Shown here piece by piece: positions 37,121 through 48,430 of a DNA stretch of 60,532 nucleotides. Source of the stretch: a virus (lineage: Duplodnaviria > Caudoviricetes); IMG/VR virus record IMGVR_UViG_3300021085_000031, positions 1-60,532 of that record. One strand, 5' to 3'. The position numbers were made by a program, and so were the translations under genes. Positions within the stretch are counted from its first letter, which is position 1, and every line of letters starts with the position of its first letter. The notes below the pieces were generated by a model. It saw nothing but the letters and a program-made list of their open reading frames with translations, was not told the origin of the DNA and ran no database searches.

Positions 37121-37128
37121 TATAAATA
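37121..37128 (+). promoter_or_regulatory. T4-type late promoter
   Basis: TATAAATA 6 nt before the gp25 ATG. Confidence 0.65.
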
Positions 37129-37133
37129 GAACT

Positions 37134-37583
37134 ATGGCAATACGAAGAGCGTTCGCACAAGAAGATACTGACCTACAGACTGCAACTGTAACGACCAGTC
37201 GTGTAAGACAGTATACTGATATCGACCTTACATTCAAGGCAAAACCGACTTCTGGAGAAATATATAAGAAGACGGATGCAGCTGCGGTGAAACAGGCGGT
37301 CAAGACCCTAGTGATGACAAATCAACTAGAGAAACCTTTTCGTCCCAGTTTTGGTGGGAATATGCAATCGCAGTTATTTGAACTTGCGGATAGAGGCAAA
37401 TCCTCTATGATAAAAAGGAACATCAAAGAAAACATAGAGATGTTCGAACCAAGAGCGAAGATATTGGATATAATGGTAAATTTGCAATCAGATGCACATT
37501 CTCTGGACGTAACAGTAAAATTTAAAGTAGTAAACACAGAAGAAGAAATCGTATTCACTACAACACTTGCAAGGTTAAGATAA
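37134..37583 (+). CDS. gp25: Baseplate wedge subunit gp25
   Basis: YTDIDL.F, D.AAVKQAV..LV.T...EKPF.P.FG, FEPRA. Confidence 0.92.
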   Translation: MAIRRAFAQEDTDLQTATVTTSRVRQYTDIDLTFKAKPTSGEIYKKTDAAAVKQAVKTLVMTNQLEKPFRPSFGGNMQSQLFELADRGKSSMIKRNIKENIEMFEPRAKILDIMVNLQSDAHSLDVTVKFKVVNTEEEIVFTTTLARLR

Positions 37584-37584
37584 A

Positions 37585-39411
37585 ATGGCAACAACAATTA
37601 AATCGACATCACTAGATTTTGATGCAATCAAGAATAACCTAAAGACATTCCTTTCACAGAAGGATGAATTTACGGATTATAACTTTGAGGCATCTGGTCT
37701 CTCAAACATCTTGGATGTCCTTGCATACAATACACACTATAATGCATTGACAGCCAACTTTGCATTGAACGAGTCATTCCTTGGAACTGCACAATTACGT
37801 AGTTCTTTGGTATCTCTTGCAGAAGGTATTGGTTATATCCCAGATTCGATGACCTCATCACAAGCTATTGTGAAACTGTCTCTGAACTTGGCGGGTGTTT
37901 CTGACCGTACTGCACAGGTTCAAATCCCTAGAGGATTTAAATTCAATGCAACTGTTGATGACGAAGAGTTTGTTTTCCAGACACAAGAAGACATAAGTGC
38001 GGATGATAATGGTGAAGGATTATATGAATTTACAAACGCATCTGGTAGTAAGAATATTAAAATCTTCGAAGGTACTTCCAGAGTTAAGACTTTTCTGGTA
38101 GAGAGAAGTCAAGATAATGCAGTCTATATTATCCCAGATAAGAGTATGGATATTGATACTGCAATCGTCCGTGTCTATCAGACACCAACTTCTTCGGTGT
38201 TCGTACCATACACAAGTATCTTGAAGGCGAATACCATTAATGCAAACTCCACACTATTCATTCTAAAAGAATCTCCGAATGGACTCTTTGAATTATCATT
38301 CGGTAATGGTTCTACTTTGGGTGACGCACCCAAGACAGGTTCTAAAGTACAGGTTACATATCTTTCATGTAGTGGTGCTCTTTCTAATTCTGCAAAGGTG
38401 TTCGAACCAAATTCTAATGTATCAGTGGGTGCGGGTAGTTATGAACTAACGGTATCCACAGTATCGGCTTCGGTTGGTGGTTCTGCTAAAGAGTCTATCG
38501 AATCTATTCGTCAGACCGCACCGTTCCAATATGCATCTCAGAATCGAATGGTAACTGCTGCAGATTATTCTGCACTGGTACTAAGAAACTTTTCTACACT
38601 GATTAAGGATATGCAATCCTTTGGTGGTGAGGACGCATTACAACCTGAGTTCGGAACAGTGTTCCTGTCCATCTTGTTTAATGCGGATGTAGATGATACG
38701 ACCATACAGGTCACAAAAGATTCTATTCAAGACCTTGCAAAACAATTAGCAGTCGCATCATTTAATCTCAAGTTTACTGACCCAGTCAAAACTTTTATTG
38801 AGTGTAGAACATTCTTCCAGTTTAACGCTAACTTTACCACATTATCCAGAAACACTATTCAAGATAATGTAAATAATACTATTAAAAATTATTTTGATGA
38901 GAACACTGGTAAGTTCGGTCAATCATATAGACGTTCGAACCTACTGACTCTTGTAGATGATGTGAGTCCAGCTATCTTCTCCTCACGTTCTGAGACGTTT
39001 GTTCAGAGAAGATTCTCTCCAACACTGACTAAAATAGAAGACTACACGTTGAGATTTGCGGTGCCATTGGCATCACCCGATGATGTCCACTATAGGGTTA
39101 CATCGTCTCAGTTTGGTTTTAAAAACAAGACATGTATCATAAGAAACAAATTAAACAGTAACAAACTAGAAGTCTATAACAGTGGAGACAACGAAGTTAT
39201 TGTTGATAATGTTGGTTCCTACGAGGGAGATACTGTTCGTATCGTTGGTCTTCAGATAGATAACTACATTGGTGCAGATACTTTCATTAAGGTTTCTGGT
39301 AAACCAGCTAACGAGTCTGCGATTACTCCATTGAGACAAGACATCGTAGAACTTGACCTATCTAACACATTCTCAAGAATCGTTGATGTTGCGTCTGGGG
39401 TGACGAACTAA
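37585..39411 (+). CDS. gp6: Baseplate wedge subunit gp6
   Basis: LDFD.IK.NLK.FL....EF.DYNFE.SGL..ILDVLAYNTHY, NESFL..AQLRSS, SQNR.VT..DY. Confidence 0.95.
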   Translation: MATTIKSTSLDFDAIKNNLKTFLSQKDEFTDYNFEASGLSNILDVLAYNTHYNALTANFALNESFLGTAQLRSSLVSLAEGIGYIPDSMTSSQAIVKLSLNLAGVSDRTAQVQIPRGFKFNATVDDEEFVFQTQEDISADDNGEGLYEFTNASGSKNIKIFEGTSRVKTFLVERSQDNAVYIIPDKSMDIDTAIVRVYQTPTSSVFVPYTSILKANTINANSTLFILKESPNGLFELSFGNGSTLGDAPKTGSKVQVTYLSCSGALSNSAKVFEPNSNVSVGAGSYELTVSTVSASVGGSAKESIESIRQTAPFQYASQNRMVTAADYSALVLRNFSTLIKDMQSFGGEDALQPEFGTVFLSILFNADVDDTTIQVTKDSIQDLAKQLAVASFNLKFTDPVKTFIECRTFFQFNANFTTLSRNTIQDNVNNTIKNYFDENTGKFGQSYRRSNLLTLVDDVSPAIFSSRSETFVQRRFSPTLTKIEDYTLRFAVPLASPDDVHYRVTSSQFGFKNKTCIIRNKLNSNKLEVYNSGDNEVIVDNVGSYEGDTVRIVGLQIDNYIGADTFIKVSGKPANESAITPLRQDIVELDLSNTFSRIVDVASGVTN

Positions 39412-40556
39412 TGACTAGTAAGAGAAATGATACTCTTATCGACATTGATAGAAGAGAGATTGCTTTTATTGAGCATCAAGTGGAGAATATTCTTCCCGCC
39501 TTCTTTCGTACCGAGTATCCGAAACTAATAAGTCTTCTTAAAGAGTACTATCATTTCGATGATGAAGAGACCTCGGCTGCAAGACTAATTCACGATTTGT
39601 TTTACAGTAGAGATATCACTCAAACAGACGTTGAACTTCTTACATATATTGAAGACGAACTCCTGTTAGGTCAATCATATTTTGAAGGTTTTACTGATAA
39701 ACGTGCTGCTGCAAAATACTCTAACCAATTGTATCGTTCAAAGGGAACTCAATTCTCTATCGAACAATTCTTTAGAACATTCTTTGGGGTTGACCCAGAG
39801 ATTACTTACACAAAAAAACAAGTATTCCAATTAAATGGTGGAGATGACTTTAAGGAAATAGAACTTGACGCACTCATGGAAGCATCAATAGGTTCTCCCG
39901 CCTTTCCTGCTACAACATATGGTCAGTTAGATAGTGATGGTGCAAGACTAACATATCAAAATTATCTGAAAGATAACTATAGACCAACATCAAGGATTGG
40001 ATTTGAATCACAGAAGTATCTGACTAATGATAAACTGTATCAGACATTTGCGTTACTAGTAAAGACTGACATATCAACATCTGAATGGATTCAACCTTAT
40101 AAACTGTTTGCACATCCAGCTGGTATGTATGTAGGTTCTGAGGTTCAGATTGTATCGGTGGTAGAAGATACCATGACCGCACCAAATGTTGTGCTAGAAC
40201 CACCACCACCCATTGCGGTTCACTCAACCGCATCATTTGGAGATACTGGTTTGACAGATTTAACCGCAATTGTAGATGACCTATATACTGATTCAGCTGG
40301 TGTATACAGTCGTATCAATGCAGAGTTTAATTCTGTCGAAGACTTCTCTCTTGAAGAGATACAGACAATCAATAATCAGTATTCATCACTGCGTGAAGCA
40401 CAGATTGCAAGTTCACCCACATTTGATGATTCGGATGAGGTTGGAACAAACGGTATGGACTTGAGTAACAACTACTCTTGGGAAACTCTTGACCAACAAA
40501 AACATCAATGGTGGAGTGCTGACTCTGACCAATACTTAAAAAGTTTTACACTATAA
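39411..40556 (+). CDS. Baseplate wedge subunit (gp7-like)
   Basis: LP.FF..EYP....LKEYY, YRSKGT..S...FFR..FG, HPAG; follows gp6. Confidence 0.75.
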   Translation: MTSKRNDTLIDIDRREIAFIEHQVENILPAFFRTEYPKLISLLKEYYHFDDEETSAARLIHDLFYSRDITQTDVELLTYIEDELLLGQSYFEGFTDKRAAAKYSNQLYRSKGTQFSIEQFFRTFFGVDPEITYTKKQVFQLNGGDDFKEIELDALMEASIGSPAFPATTYGQLDSDGARLTYQNYLKDNYRPTSRIGFESQKYLTNDKLYQTFALLVKTDISTSEWIQPYKLFAHPAGMYVGSEVQIVSVVEDTMTAPNVVLEPPPPIAVHSTASFGDTGLTDLTAIVDDLYTDSAGVYSRINAEFNSVEDFSLEEIQTINNQYSSLREAQIASSPTFDDSDEVGTNGMDLSNNYSWETLDQQKHQWWSADSDQYLKSFTL

Positions 40557-40567
40557 CCTAAAAACCT

Positions 40568-40575
40568 TATAAATA
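40568..40575 (+). promoter_or_regulatory. T4-type late promoter
   Basis: TATAAATA 25 nt before the ATG at 40600. Confidence 0.75.
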
Positions 40576-40599
40576 GTTAAATAACAAACGGACTATAAA

Positions 40600-41625
40600 A
40601 TGGCACAACAGACACTAAACAGAGGAACAGCGGCAAATGACGGTACGGGTGATACCCTCCGTGTTGCTGCCCAGAAAATTAACGAGAACTTTACAGAACT
40701 CTATACGGCTGTTGGTGGTGATTCTTCGACTGTAACACTCACCAGTGCTGGTGTGGTTTTTGAAGGTCAGGCTGCGGATGACCATGAGACTACATTGTGT
40801 GCAGTAGAACCTACTGCTGACAATATTGTATATGTTCCCAATGATGGCGGAACACTCATTCTAGACTCTTGTTCTCAGGTATTGAGTAACAAGACCATCC
40901 TTAGTCCTATGTTGACTACTCCATCTATTAAAGACGCAGACTCAAGTCATGCATACAATGTTGTAGTAAGTAATCTGGCTGCAAACAGAAATATCACGTT
41001 ACCTCTATTGACAGGACATGATACCTTTCTCTTTGCAAATCATCCACAAACACTGACTAACAAGACTGTCGAAAACCCCGTATTATCCAACCCTGTTATG
41101 GGTGGATTGGATGGTGCTTCTTTATTGCTTGATAGTGCAAGTAATGAATATGTCAAGTTTACTAATGTTTCGAGTGCGGTCAACCATGTTCTCATTGGTA
41201 ACTCTGCCGCTGGTAATAACCCCACTATTGACGTAGAAGGTGGTGATACAAACATTAGTTTAGAACTAAGAGCTAAAGGCAGTGGTGCAGTCGAGATTAT
41301 GAACAAGTTGGTTTTCCAAAAGGGAACCGATGTCGCTGCAACCGAAGCAATAGATTTAAATGAACCCCTAACCGTATTTAACTCTGGTAGTTTAATTAGT
41401 CCAACTATTGGTGATGGAACTATCCAAGGTGAGGTAAAATACTTCAGTAATATTGCGGCAGGTGAGGTGAGATTATCTTCTGCAACAGCAGTCGCAAACA
41501 TCTATGGTGTTGACTCTGCTGATGGATTCCTCAGTTTTAATCAAGGTGATGGATGTATTCTCGTATGGAATTCACTTGCAAGTAAATGGTTTAAGGTGTC
41601 CAATAACGGCACAACAATAGGATAA
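40600..41625 (+). CDS. Baseplate wedge/tail-fibre connector (gp9/gp10-like N-terminus)
   Basis: GTAANDGTGDTLR.A..KIN.NF.ELY; TLTNKT repeats. Confidence 0.8.
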   Translation: MAQQTLNRGTAANDGTGDTLRVAAQKINENFTELYTAVGGDSSTVTLTSAGVVFEGQAADDHETTLCAVEPTADNIVYVPNDGGTLILDSCSQVLSNKTILSPMLTTPSIKDADSSHAYNVVVSNLAANRNITLPLLTGHDTFLFANHPQTLTNKTVENPVLSNPVMGGLDGASLLLDSASNEYVKFTNVSSAVNHVLIGNSAAGNNPTIDVEGGDTNISLELRAKGSGAVEIMNKLVFQKGTDVAATEAIDLNEPLTVFNSGSLISPTIGDGTIQGEVKYFSNIAAGEVRLSSATAVANIYGVDSADGFLSFNQGDGCILVWNSLASKWFKVSNNGTTIG

Positions 41626-41630
41626 ATGAA

Positions 41631-43001
41631 ATGGCGATTGTAACAAACCCAATTAAAAAACAGGTTATCGAATCACTTGATAGTGATATCGGTTTACCTA
41701 CTACACACTACTATGCCGCCATTGGTCGGTCAGAAGACTGGAATGATTCAGACGTTGCTCCTGCTCCACTGAATTCTGCAAGAGAAGAAAGAAACTTCCG
41801 TCTCGGACTTCAATCTGCTAAGAAGATTATCGACTTCTCCTTTGTTGTACCAAGATACAACTGGTCATCTGGTGCAATCTATTCTGCATATGATGATGCA
41901 CAGGTAGGGTATCCTACTCAGACATACTATGTTATGAACGATAACAACCAAATTTATGTGTGTATCCAACAGGGTAGAAACGCAGCGGGTCTGGCACAGG
42001 TATCTACAGTTCAACCAACTGGTAATACAGACGGAACTCCGTTTGATACTGTTGATGGTTACATCTGGAAATTCCTATATTCTATCGGTGCTTTGGACGC
42101 AAACAAATTCATTTCTGCAAACTATATTCCAGTAGAACTTGTAGGTACTACAGATGCAAACTCCACGGCTGCGGAGATAGAACAAAAGGCAGTACAGAAT
42201 GCTGCGGTTGCGGGACAGATTGTAGGTTACGCAGTTGACTCAGGTGGTTCTGGTTACTCATCATCACCCACAATTACGGTTGTTGGTGACGGTACAAATG
42301 CAAAAGCAGACGCAACAATCTCTGGTGGACAGGTAGTAAATGTCAAATTCATTGATAGTGATGGTTCTTATGCATTGGGTTCTGGATACCATTTCGCTGA
42401 CGTTAATTTAGCAGGTGGTGGTTCACCAACCAAACCTGCTAAGATTCGTGCAATCCTCGGAAGTCCTTTGGGACTTGGTGGAGATGCAAGAGATGACCTT
42501 CGTTCAACTGCAATCATGTTGAATACTAAACCAACTGGGACAGAAGACCTCGACTTTATTGTAGGTAATGACTTCCGTCAGGTTGGTTTGTTAAAGAATC
42601 CTTATCCACATAGTCCAGATTCAGCAGGTGATTATTGGACAGAAGATACTGCAATCTGTCTAAAGAAAATCACTCTCAGTGCTACAACCTCTGGTTTTAC
42701 TGCTGATAATAGAATTAAAGGTGGTACTTCAGGTGTTGAAGCTTTAATTGATAAGGTTGACTCTGACAACATATGGTATCACCAGACAGAAGATACTGGT
42801 TTCGGTAACTTCTCTTCTAGTGAAGCTATCACAGAACTTAATGGTAATGGTGTTGGTGTGAACGGTACTAACGGAGGCAATCCTTATACTTATCCAGAAA
42901 TTGATACGATGACTGGCGAAGTACTATATATTGATAACCGTGCTTCTGTTACTCGTAACACAGACCAGACTGAAGATATTAAACTCGTAATCCAAATTTA
43001 A
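41631..43001 (+). CDS. gp8: Baseplate wedge subunit gp8
   Basis: IGR...W, VVPRYNW, YYVMN....YVC, DGYIWKFLY, FRQVGL..NP, GEVLYIDNR..V.R...Q.EDIK. Confidence 0.9.
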   Translation: MAIVTNPIKKQVIESLDSDIGLPTTHYYAAIGRSEDWNDSDVAPAPLNSAREERNFRLGLQSAKKIIDFSFVVPRYNWSSGAIYSAYDDAQVGYPTQTYYVMNDNNQIYVCIQQGRNAAGLAQVSTVQPTGNTDGTPFDTVDGYIWKFLYSIGALDANKFISANYIPVELVGTTDANSTAAEIEQKAVQNAAVAGQIVGYAVDSGGSGYSSSPTITVVGDGTNAKADATISGGQVVNVKFIDSDGSYALGSGYHFADVNLAGGGSPTKPAKIRAILGSPLGLGGDARDDLRSTAIMLNTKPTGTEDLDFIVGNDFRQVGLLKNPYPHSPDSAGDYWTEDTAICLKKITLSATTSGFTADNRIKGGTSGVEALIDKVDSDNIWYHQTEDTGFGNFSSSEAITELNGNGVGVNGTNGGNPYTYPEIDTMTGEVLYIDNRASVTRNTDQTEDIKLVIQI

Positions 43002-43010
43002 GGTATAAAG

Positions 43011-46000
43011 ATGCCAAACACTTTTACATCCAACGTATTTTCTTCCACCTATAAAGATGACTTTAAGGATAGTGATAACTATCATAGAATTCTCTTTAAC
43101 AGTGGTCGTGCTCTGCAAGCAAGGGAACTTACTCAGTTACAGACCCTAATCCAAGAAGAGATTGGAAGGTTTGGTAGAAACATCTTTAAGGAAGGTGCTG
43201 CAGTAAATCCAGGCGGGCCCACAATCAGTAATGATTATGAGTTCATTAAGTTGACCACTGCAACCTATTCACTTCCTCAAGACCCACAAGATTTGGTTGG
43301 TACGATTCTTACTGGGCCAAACATCAATGATGCATCTGGTATTCAGGTAAGAGTACTTGAGTTCGTTGCGGCAACATCAACTGACCCCGCAACAATTTAT
43401 GTCCAGTATGTTAATACTTCGGCAGGTGATTCGGGTACAGACCCAATTAGAATGGCTGCTGGTAACGTAATGACCAATGTTAGTCTAGGTTTTACTCTAC
43501 AGGTTGCGAATGCAGTAGGTACTGAATTGCCTGTTGGTCGTGGTTGTAAAATCTCGAATGCAGAGGGTGACTTCTTCACTCGTGGCCACTTTGTGTTTAC
43601 GAAGGGACAGTCAATAATTCTTTCCAAGTACACCCGATATCCTACTAAGGTTGTTGGTTTTAAAGTAACAGAAGACATCGTCACTGTTTCGGATAATACT
43701 GCACTGTATGATAATCAGGGTGCTACACCCAACTTGTCATCTCCAGGCGCAGACCGTTATCGTATACAACTTACTTTAACAACAAAAGATGCAGTTGCTG
43801 ATGATGAAAACTTTGTTTATTACTGTGATGTGTTTGAAGGTAATATCGTTGACCAAGTAAAGGGTACAGAAGATTATAACAAAATCAATGATACCTTGGC
43901 AAAGAGAACCCAAGAAGAATCTGGCAATTACATTGTCAACCCATTCACAGTAGACTTCAGTGATTCAGGTACTAATATAATTGCATCTGTATCCGATGGT
44001 GTTGCATATGTAAACGGATACCGTGGTGCAACCGAGAAACCTACTTCATTAATTATTCCAAAACCAAGAGCGACTGGTATATCAGAAAACGAAGTTTCTG
44101 GTATCAGTTATGGTCAATACTTCCTAGTTGCGGCCGCAGAATTTAAGTTACACAGAGATACAAACACCTTTGAACGTGTTCGTCTTACGGATACTGTAAA
44201 TGGTGCGGGTACTACTTTAGGTCACGCAAGAATTCGTTACATCGAAAAAGACGGTTCTAACTATCGTGTGTATGTCTTTGATATACAGATGAAATCTGGA
44301 GAATCACTACGTAACATTAAGTCAATTGGTCTTGGTGGTTCAAACCACGCTGATGTCTTGTTAGAAAACAGTAAAGCGGTTTTAAAAGAATCACAAAAGA
44401 CTAATCTAGTATATGCATTACCTAATCCACGTCCTAGAGTATTGTCAGACTTTGACTTTGAAGTTCAACGTCTGTTTACTACATCTCAGGCTGGAACGAC
44501 TCATACCGAAACACTAAGTGTTAATGGTGAAACGTGGACAAATACAAGTGATTGGATTGTTGTTAATAACTCTACTGGTGCGGTTGTCACTGGTGCATCT
44601 GCCAATGGTACTGCTACAAACTCTACCGTAGTAAGTGGTCTTCCTTCTGGTGTTGCATGTTCGGTTTACGCAAAGGTAAACAAAGCGTCTCCAGTTGTTC
44701 GTCAGAAAACTTTGGTAGACACGACTGTAACAGCTGCTGTGACCACAGACTCCGATGGTGTTCCTTCGGTTAAACTTGGACTCTCAGACATCTTTGAAGT
44801 CGAAGAAATCAAACAAACTAACTCTGCTGGTGCAGACATTTCTCACCTCTTTACTGTTGACAACGGTCAACGAGCAGGATACTATGGTAATGGTCGTCTT
44901 GTTTTAGAAACAGGTGCAACTGCTCCTTCAGGAAATGTGTACGCAAAACTGAAACACTTCACCCACGGTGCTGGTGATTTCTTTGCGGTCAACTCATATA
45001 CTGGTCAGGTAGAATACGAGAAAATTCCTAGTTTCCAAACAGGTGTTCGTACTTCTGTAAACCTACGTGATGTTGTTGATTTCCGTTCTACCGTGAACTC
45101 ATCTGGAGCCTTTGGGGGTATTAACGAATTACCGTCTAACGGTGATATCTTCCAAGCAGACGTAGAATACTATCTACCTCGTGCAGATAAGATTGTTGTT
45201 ACTACACAAGGTGAAGTTAAGAACATTCAAGGTGAAGCAGGATTTGGTGCTCAGATTCCAGCAACACCCGAAAACACACTTGCACTATTTAATTTGGAAC
45301 ACAACGCTTATGGTCTAAATGACTCGGATGTTGTTGTTCAACCAATTAAAGCAAAACGATTCACAATGAGTGATATCTCCAGAATGGAGAAGAGGATTGA
45401 TAACCTAGAGGAAGTTACTTCCCTAAGTCTTCTTGAACTAGACACATCATCTCTATTAGTATTGGATGCTGATGGTAATGCAAGAACTAAATCAGGTTTC
45501 TTTGTAGATAACTATGCAGACAGAAGTTTCTCAGATGTAGGTAACCCAGAGTATCGTGCTGCTATTGACCCATCAAGGGGTCTTCTTGGAGTACCGACTG
45601 CGGATGATAATGTCATATTGGCATATGATTCCTCACTGTCAACCAACACTGTAATGAAAGGTGACACAGTTTATCTTAATTATACTGACTCTGCAACAAT
45701 CACACAGACACTCATTTCAGGAACAGAGAATGTAAACCCATTTGCGGTTATTACTGGTGAGGGTAACATTACGTTATCTCCCTCAACTGATAACTGGTTC
45801 CAGACTAAGTACAACCCAGCTAATGTAATCAACCAGACTGCAACAGAAAATGTTGATGTGAATCTGGGAGATAAGACGACATTCTTGAGTTTGAGACCCG
45901 ATGCGGCTAACAGATTCAAATGGTCACAACAAAGAAGATGGGTTCCTATCCCAGGCTTAAATATACTTAATATTCCAGCCCTTGGTGGATGGCGTGGACA

Positions 46001-48224
46001 GGGAATGTGGAACTGGCATGGTGTACCCAATAACGATGTGAGAATCGTTGATGTTGGTACAGGAAACGGTGGTAACCGTAGTCAAAACGCAGACTTCAAT
46101 GTCATTCGGTCTTTCTCACAACGTGTAGTTGTTGGAGAGAAGACAGTACGTAAGGTTGTTGGAGATAGAACAGTATCCTTGACTTTCTTACCATTCATAC
46201 GTTCACGTAAGGTATTCTTTAAGGCACAGGGTCTACGACCAAACACCAAGTACTTCCCATTCTTTGATGGAACACTCGTGTCAGACTTCTGTAGAGAAGA
46301 AACGTTCAAACGTTACGGTGCTATGGCAACAGACGTAAGTTTTGCGAATGCAAATAGACTTGCAACAGCACACCCACAGGGTAGTAGTACATTAGAAGCA
46401 GATGCCAATGGTGCTATTGAAGGTTCGTTCTTCATCCCATCATCCGAAACACTAAGATTCCGTGCGGGTACAAGAGAATTCAAATTACTGGATATCAGTA
46501 AGAATGATGACGCAGCTGCATTGTCTCGTGCATCATTCAACTATACTGCACAAGGTACTCTGGATACTAGACAGAAGACTATTACTTCTACTCGTATTAC
46601 TCAAACCAGAACACGTAGATGGACAGAAACTACAAGAGTTAAAGTAACTGACCCACTTGCACAATCGTTCTTTGTAACTAGTCCGAGTGGTATCTATGTT
46701 ACTAAGGTTCAGACTTATTTTAAAACCAAGGATGCTGATGGTGTTCCTATTCAGTTACAGATTCGTCCTATGGTCAATGGTGCGCCAAGTTCTACTGAGA
46801 TTCATTCACAGTCTATCAAATTCTTGGCACCAAGTCAAGTAAATACTCCTGCTTCCGAGACACAGGCTGCGGTAGTTGCTGCACCTACTACGTTTGAGTT
46901 TGATGAACCAATCTTCTTGAATCCAGAAGAAGAGTATGCGATTGTTTTACTTGCAGAATCTACTCAGTATCAAGCTTATGTTGGTGAGACATACGCATTC
47001 GAATTAGGTTCTACCGAGAAACGTATCTCACGTCAACCATCTATGGGTTCATTGTTTAAGTCACAGAATGGTACGACTTGGGAACCAGACCAAACTAAAG
47101 ATATGGCGTTCAAAATCTTCACTGCTGACTTCGTAAGTTCTGGTACTGCGGTATTCGAAAACCGTGATGTAGAGAAAGAACAACTAGTCGGTAACCCACT
47201 TTATATGAGTGCTGACCACGGTGCGGATAGTGACCAAGTAACATTGGCCGTTTCTAACCACGGGTTCAACGTGAATGACAAGGTTAATGTTGAAGGACTG
47301 GTTGCAAATACAACGTACAATGGTGTCAAGGGTTCCAGTATCAATGGTGAAAGAACAATCACTGCGGTAGATGGATTCGGTATCAGATTCGACGCTGACA
47401 GTGCTGCTACATCTTCTGGTAGATTCGGTGCAGAACTAATAAAAATTGATAAACAACTTCAGTTTGATATTGTAACACCAAGTTTCACTACACTGTTACC
47501 AGACGATACTCTACTGACCTACCGTGCAAAATACACAACTGGTAAGTCCCTTGCAGCATCTGCTGGTTCACAAGTCAAGTATCAGAAAGATGGAACATTC
47601 AGTAATGATGTCATCATCAATGACGAGAATACATTTAATGCACCAAGACTGATTGCAAACCCATCCAACGAAACTGCTGAATTGGGTACTGGTCAACGTT
47701 CTGCAACGTTTAGTATTGATATGTCAACCACAAGAAGTTCGGTAAGTCCAGTAATTGATACTCAGACTGCTTCATTGTCACTTCAATCTAATATGATTGA
47801 TAATCAGGCAGCTGCTGCAGCGAATGGATTCAATGTTCCGTTGGGATACTCTGCGGAAACAAATGCATTCGGTGGTTCTTCACTTGCGAAACACATTACT
47901 AGTGTTGCAAACCTAGAAGAATCCGCTGTTGGTATGAAAGTACTATTGGCAGTAAGTAGACCAGCAGGAAGTAATATTCAATTGTATTACCGTGTTGCCA
48001 ATGATGGTCAAGACATTCTCGACATAAATTGGACTGAACAGACTATAGAAACTCCAATTGCACCAGACGAAAAGAACTTCCGAGAGTATCGTTATCTGGT
48101 TGGTGGTGATGGTGGTACACTAGACCCATTCACTCAGTATCAATTTAAGATTGTATTTACTGGTAATAACACATCTAAGGTTCCGTTTGTTCGAGACTTT
48201 AGAGCCATTGCAATGGCGACATAA
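43011..48224 (+). CDS. Large virion structural protein (DUF4815/VrlC-like)
   Basis: Y.DDF....NY.RILF..GRALQARELTQLQ, PGADR, LA.RT.EESG.Y, GFFVDN, DPLAQSF, GSLFKSQNG.TW. Confidence 0.85.
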   Translation: MPNTFTSNVFSSTYKDDFKDSDNYHRILFNSGRALQARELTQLQTLIQEEIGRFGRNIFKEGAAVNPGGPTISNDYEFIKLTTATYSLPQDPQDLVGTILTGPNINDASGIQVRVLEFVAATSTDPATIYVQYVNTSAGDSGTDPIRMAAGNVMTNVSLGFTLQVANAVGTELPVGRGCKISNAEGDFFTRGHFVFTKGQSIILSKYTRYPTKVVGFKVTEDIVTVSDNTALYDNQGATPNLSSPGADRYRIQLTLTTKDAVADDENFVYYCDVFEGNIVDQVKGTEDYNKINDTLAKRTQEESGNYIVNPFTVDFSDSGTNIIASVSDGVAYVNGYRGATEKPTSLIIPKPRATGISENEVSGISYGQYFLVAAAEFKLHRDTNTFERVRLTDTVNGAGTTLGHARIRYIEKDGSNYRVYVFDIQMKSGESLRNIKSIGLGGSNHADVLLENSKAVLKESQKTNLVYALPNPRPRVLSDFDFEVQRLFTTSQAGTTHTETLSVNGETWTNTSDWIVVNNSTGAVVTGASANGTATNSTVVSGLPSGVACSVYAKVNKASPVVRQKTLVDTTVTAAVTTDSDGVPSVKLGLSDIFEVEEIKQTNSAGADISHLFTVDNGQRAGYYGNGRLVLETGATAPSGNVYAKLKHFTHGAGDFFAVNSYTGQVEYEKIPSFQTGVRTSVNLRDVVDFRSTVNSSGAFGGINELPSNGDIFQADVEYYLPRADKIVVTTQGEVKNIQGEAGFGAQIPATPENTLALFNLEHNAYGLNDSDVVVQPIKAKRFTMSDISRMEKRIDNLEEVTSLSLLELDTSSLLVLDADGNARTKSGFFVDNYADRSFSDVGNPEYRAAIDPSRGLLGVPTADDNVILAYDSSLSTNTVMKGDTVYLNYTDSATITQTLISGTENVNPFAVITGEGNITLSPSTDNWFQTKYNPANVINQTATENVDVNLGDKTTFLSLRPDAANRFKWSQQRRWVPIPGLNILNIPALGGWRGQGMWNWHGVPNNDVRIVDVGTGNGGNRSQNADFNVIRSFSQRVVVGEKTVRKVVGDRTVSLTFLPFIRSRKVFFKAQGLRPNTKYFPFFDGTLVSDFCREETFKRYGAMATDVSFANANRLATAHPQGSSTLEADANGAIEGSFFIPSSETLRFRAGTREFKLLDISKNDDAAALSRASFNYTAQGTLDTRQKTITSTRITQTRTRRWTETTRVKVTDPLAQSFFVTSPSGIYVTKVQTYFKTKDADGVPIQLQIRPMVNGAPSSTEIHSQSIKFLAPSQVNTPASETQAAVVAAPTTFEFDEPIFLNPEEEYAIVLLAESTQYQAYVGETYAFELGSTEKRISRQPSMGSLFKSQNGTTWEPDQTKDMAFKIFTADFVSSGTAVFENRDVEKEQLVGNPLYMSADHGADSDQVTLAVSNHGFNVNDKVNVEGLVANTTYNGVKGSSINGERTITAVDGFGIRFDADSAATSSGRFGAELIKIDKQLQFDIVTPSFTTLLPDDTLLTYRAKYTTGKSLAASAGSQVKYQKDGTFSNDVIINDENTFNAPRLIANPSNETAELGTGQRSATFSIDMSTTRSSVSPVIDTQTASLSLQSNMIDNQAAAAANGFNVPLGYSAETNAFGGSSLAKHITSVANLEESAVGMKVLLAVSRPAGSNIQLYYRVANDGQDILDINWTEQTIETPIAPDEKNFREYRYLVGGDGGTLDPFTQYQFKIVFTGNNTSKVPFVRDFRAIAMAT

Positions 48225-48430
48225 TGAGTCGATATATTCCAGTAGACGGTATGAGTGGTTTGGGAAGATGTTCTCATTCGGGTGCAATAATTAATATAAA
48301 TAAAGATGAGATACAGAAAGCACGTGACCTAAAAGAGAGAAGAAAACAAAAGGAATCAGAGTTTTTGGAACTAAGACAAGATGTCAATGAACTAAAACAA
48401 CTCCTCAATAAACTGGTAGAGAAACTGTAA
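48224..48430 (+). CDS. Small coiled-coil virion-associated protein
   Basis: V.G...L.R...SGAIIN...L..DV.ELK.LL; overlaps both neighbours. Confidence 0.7.
   Translation: MSRYIPVDGMSGLGRCSHSGAIININKDEIQKARDLKERRKQKESEFLELRQDVNELKQLLNKLVEKL

Noticed and set aside
48295-48302. TATAAATA inside the 48224 ORF
   Set aside because: Could drive the fibre genes, but it lies in an A/T-rich coding stretch (INKD) 128 nt from the next start, so chance occurrence cannot be excluded
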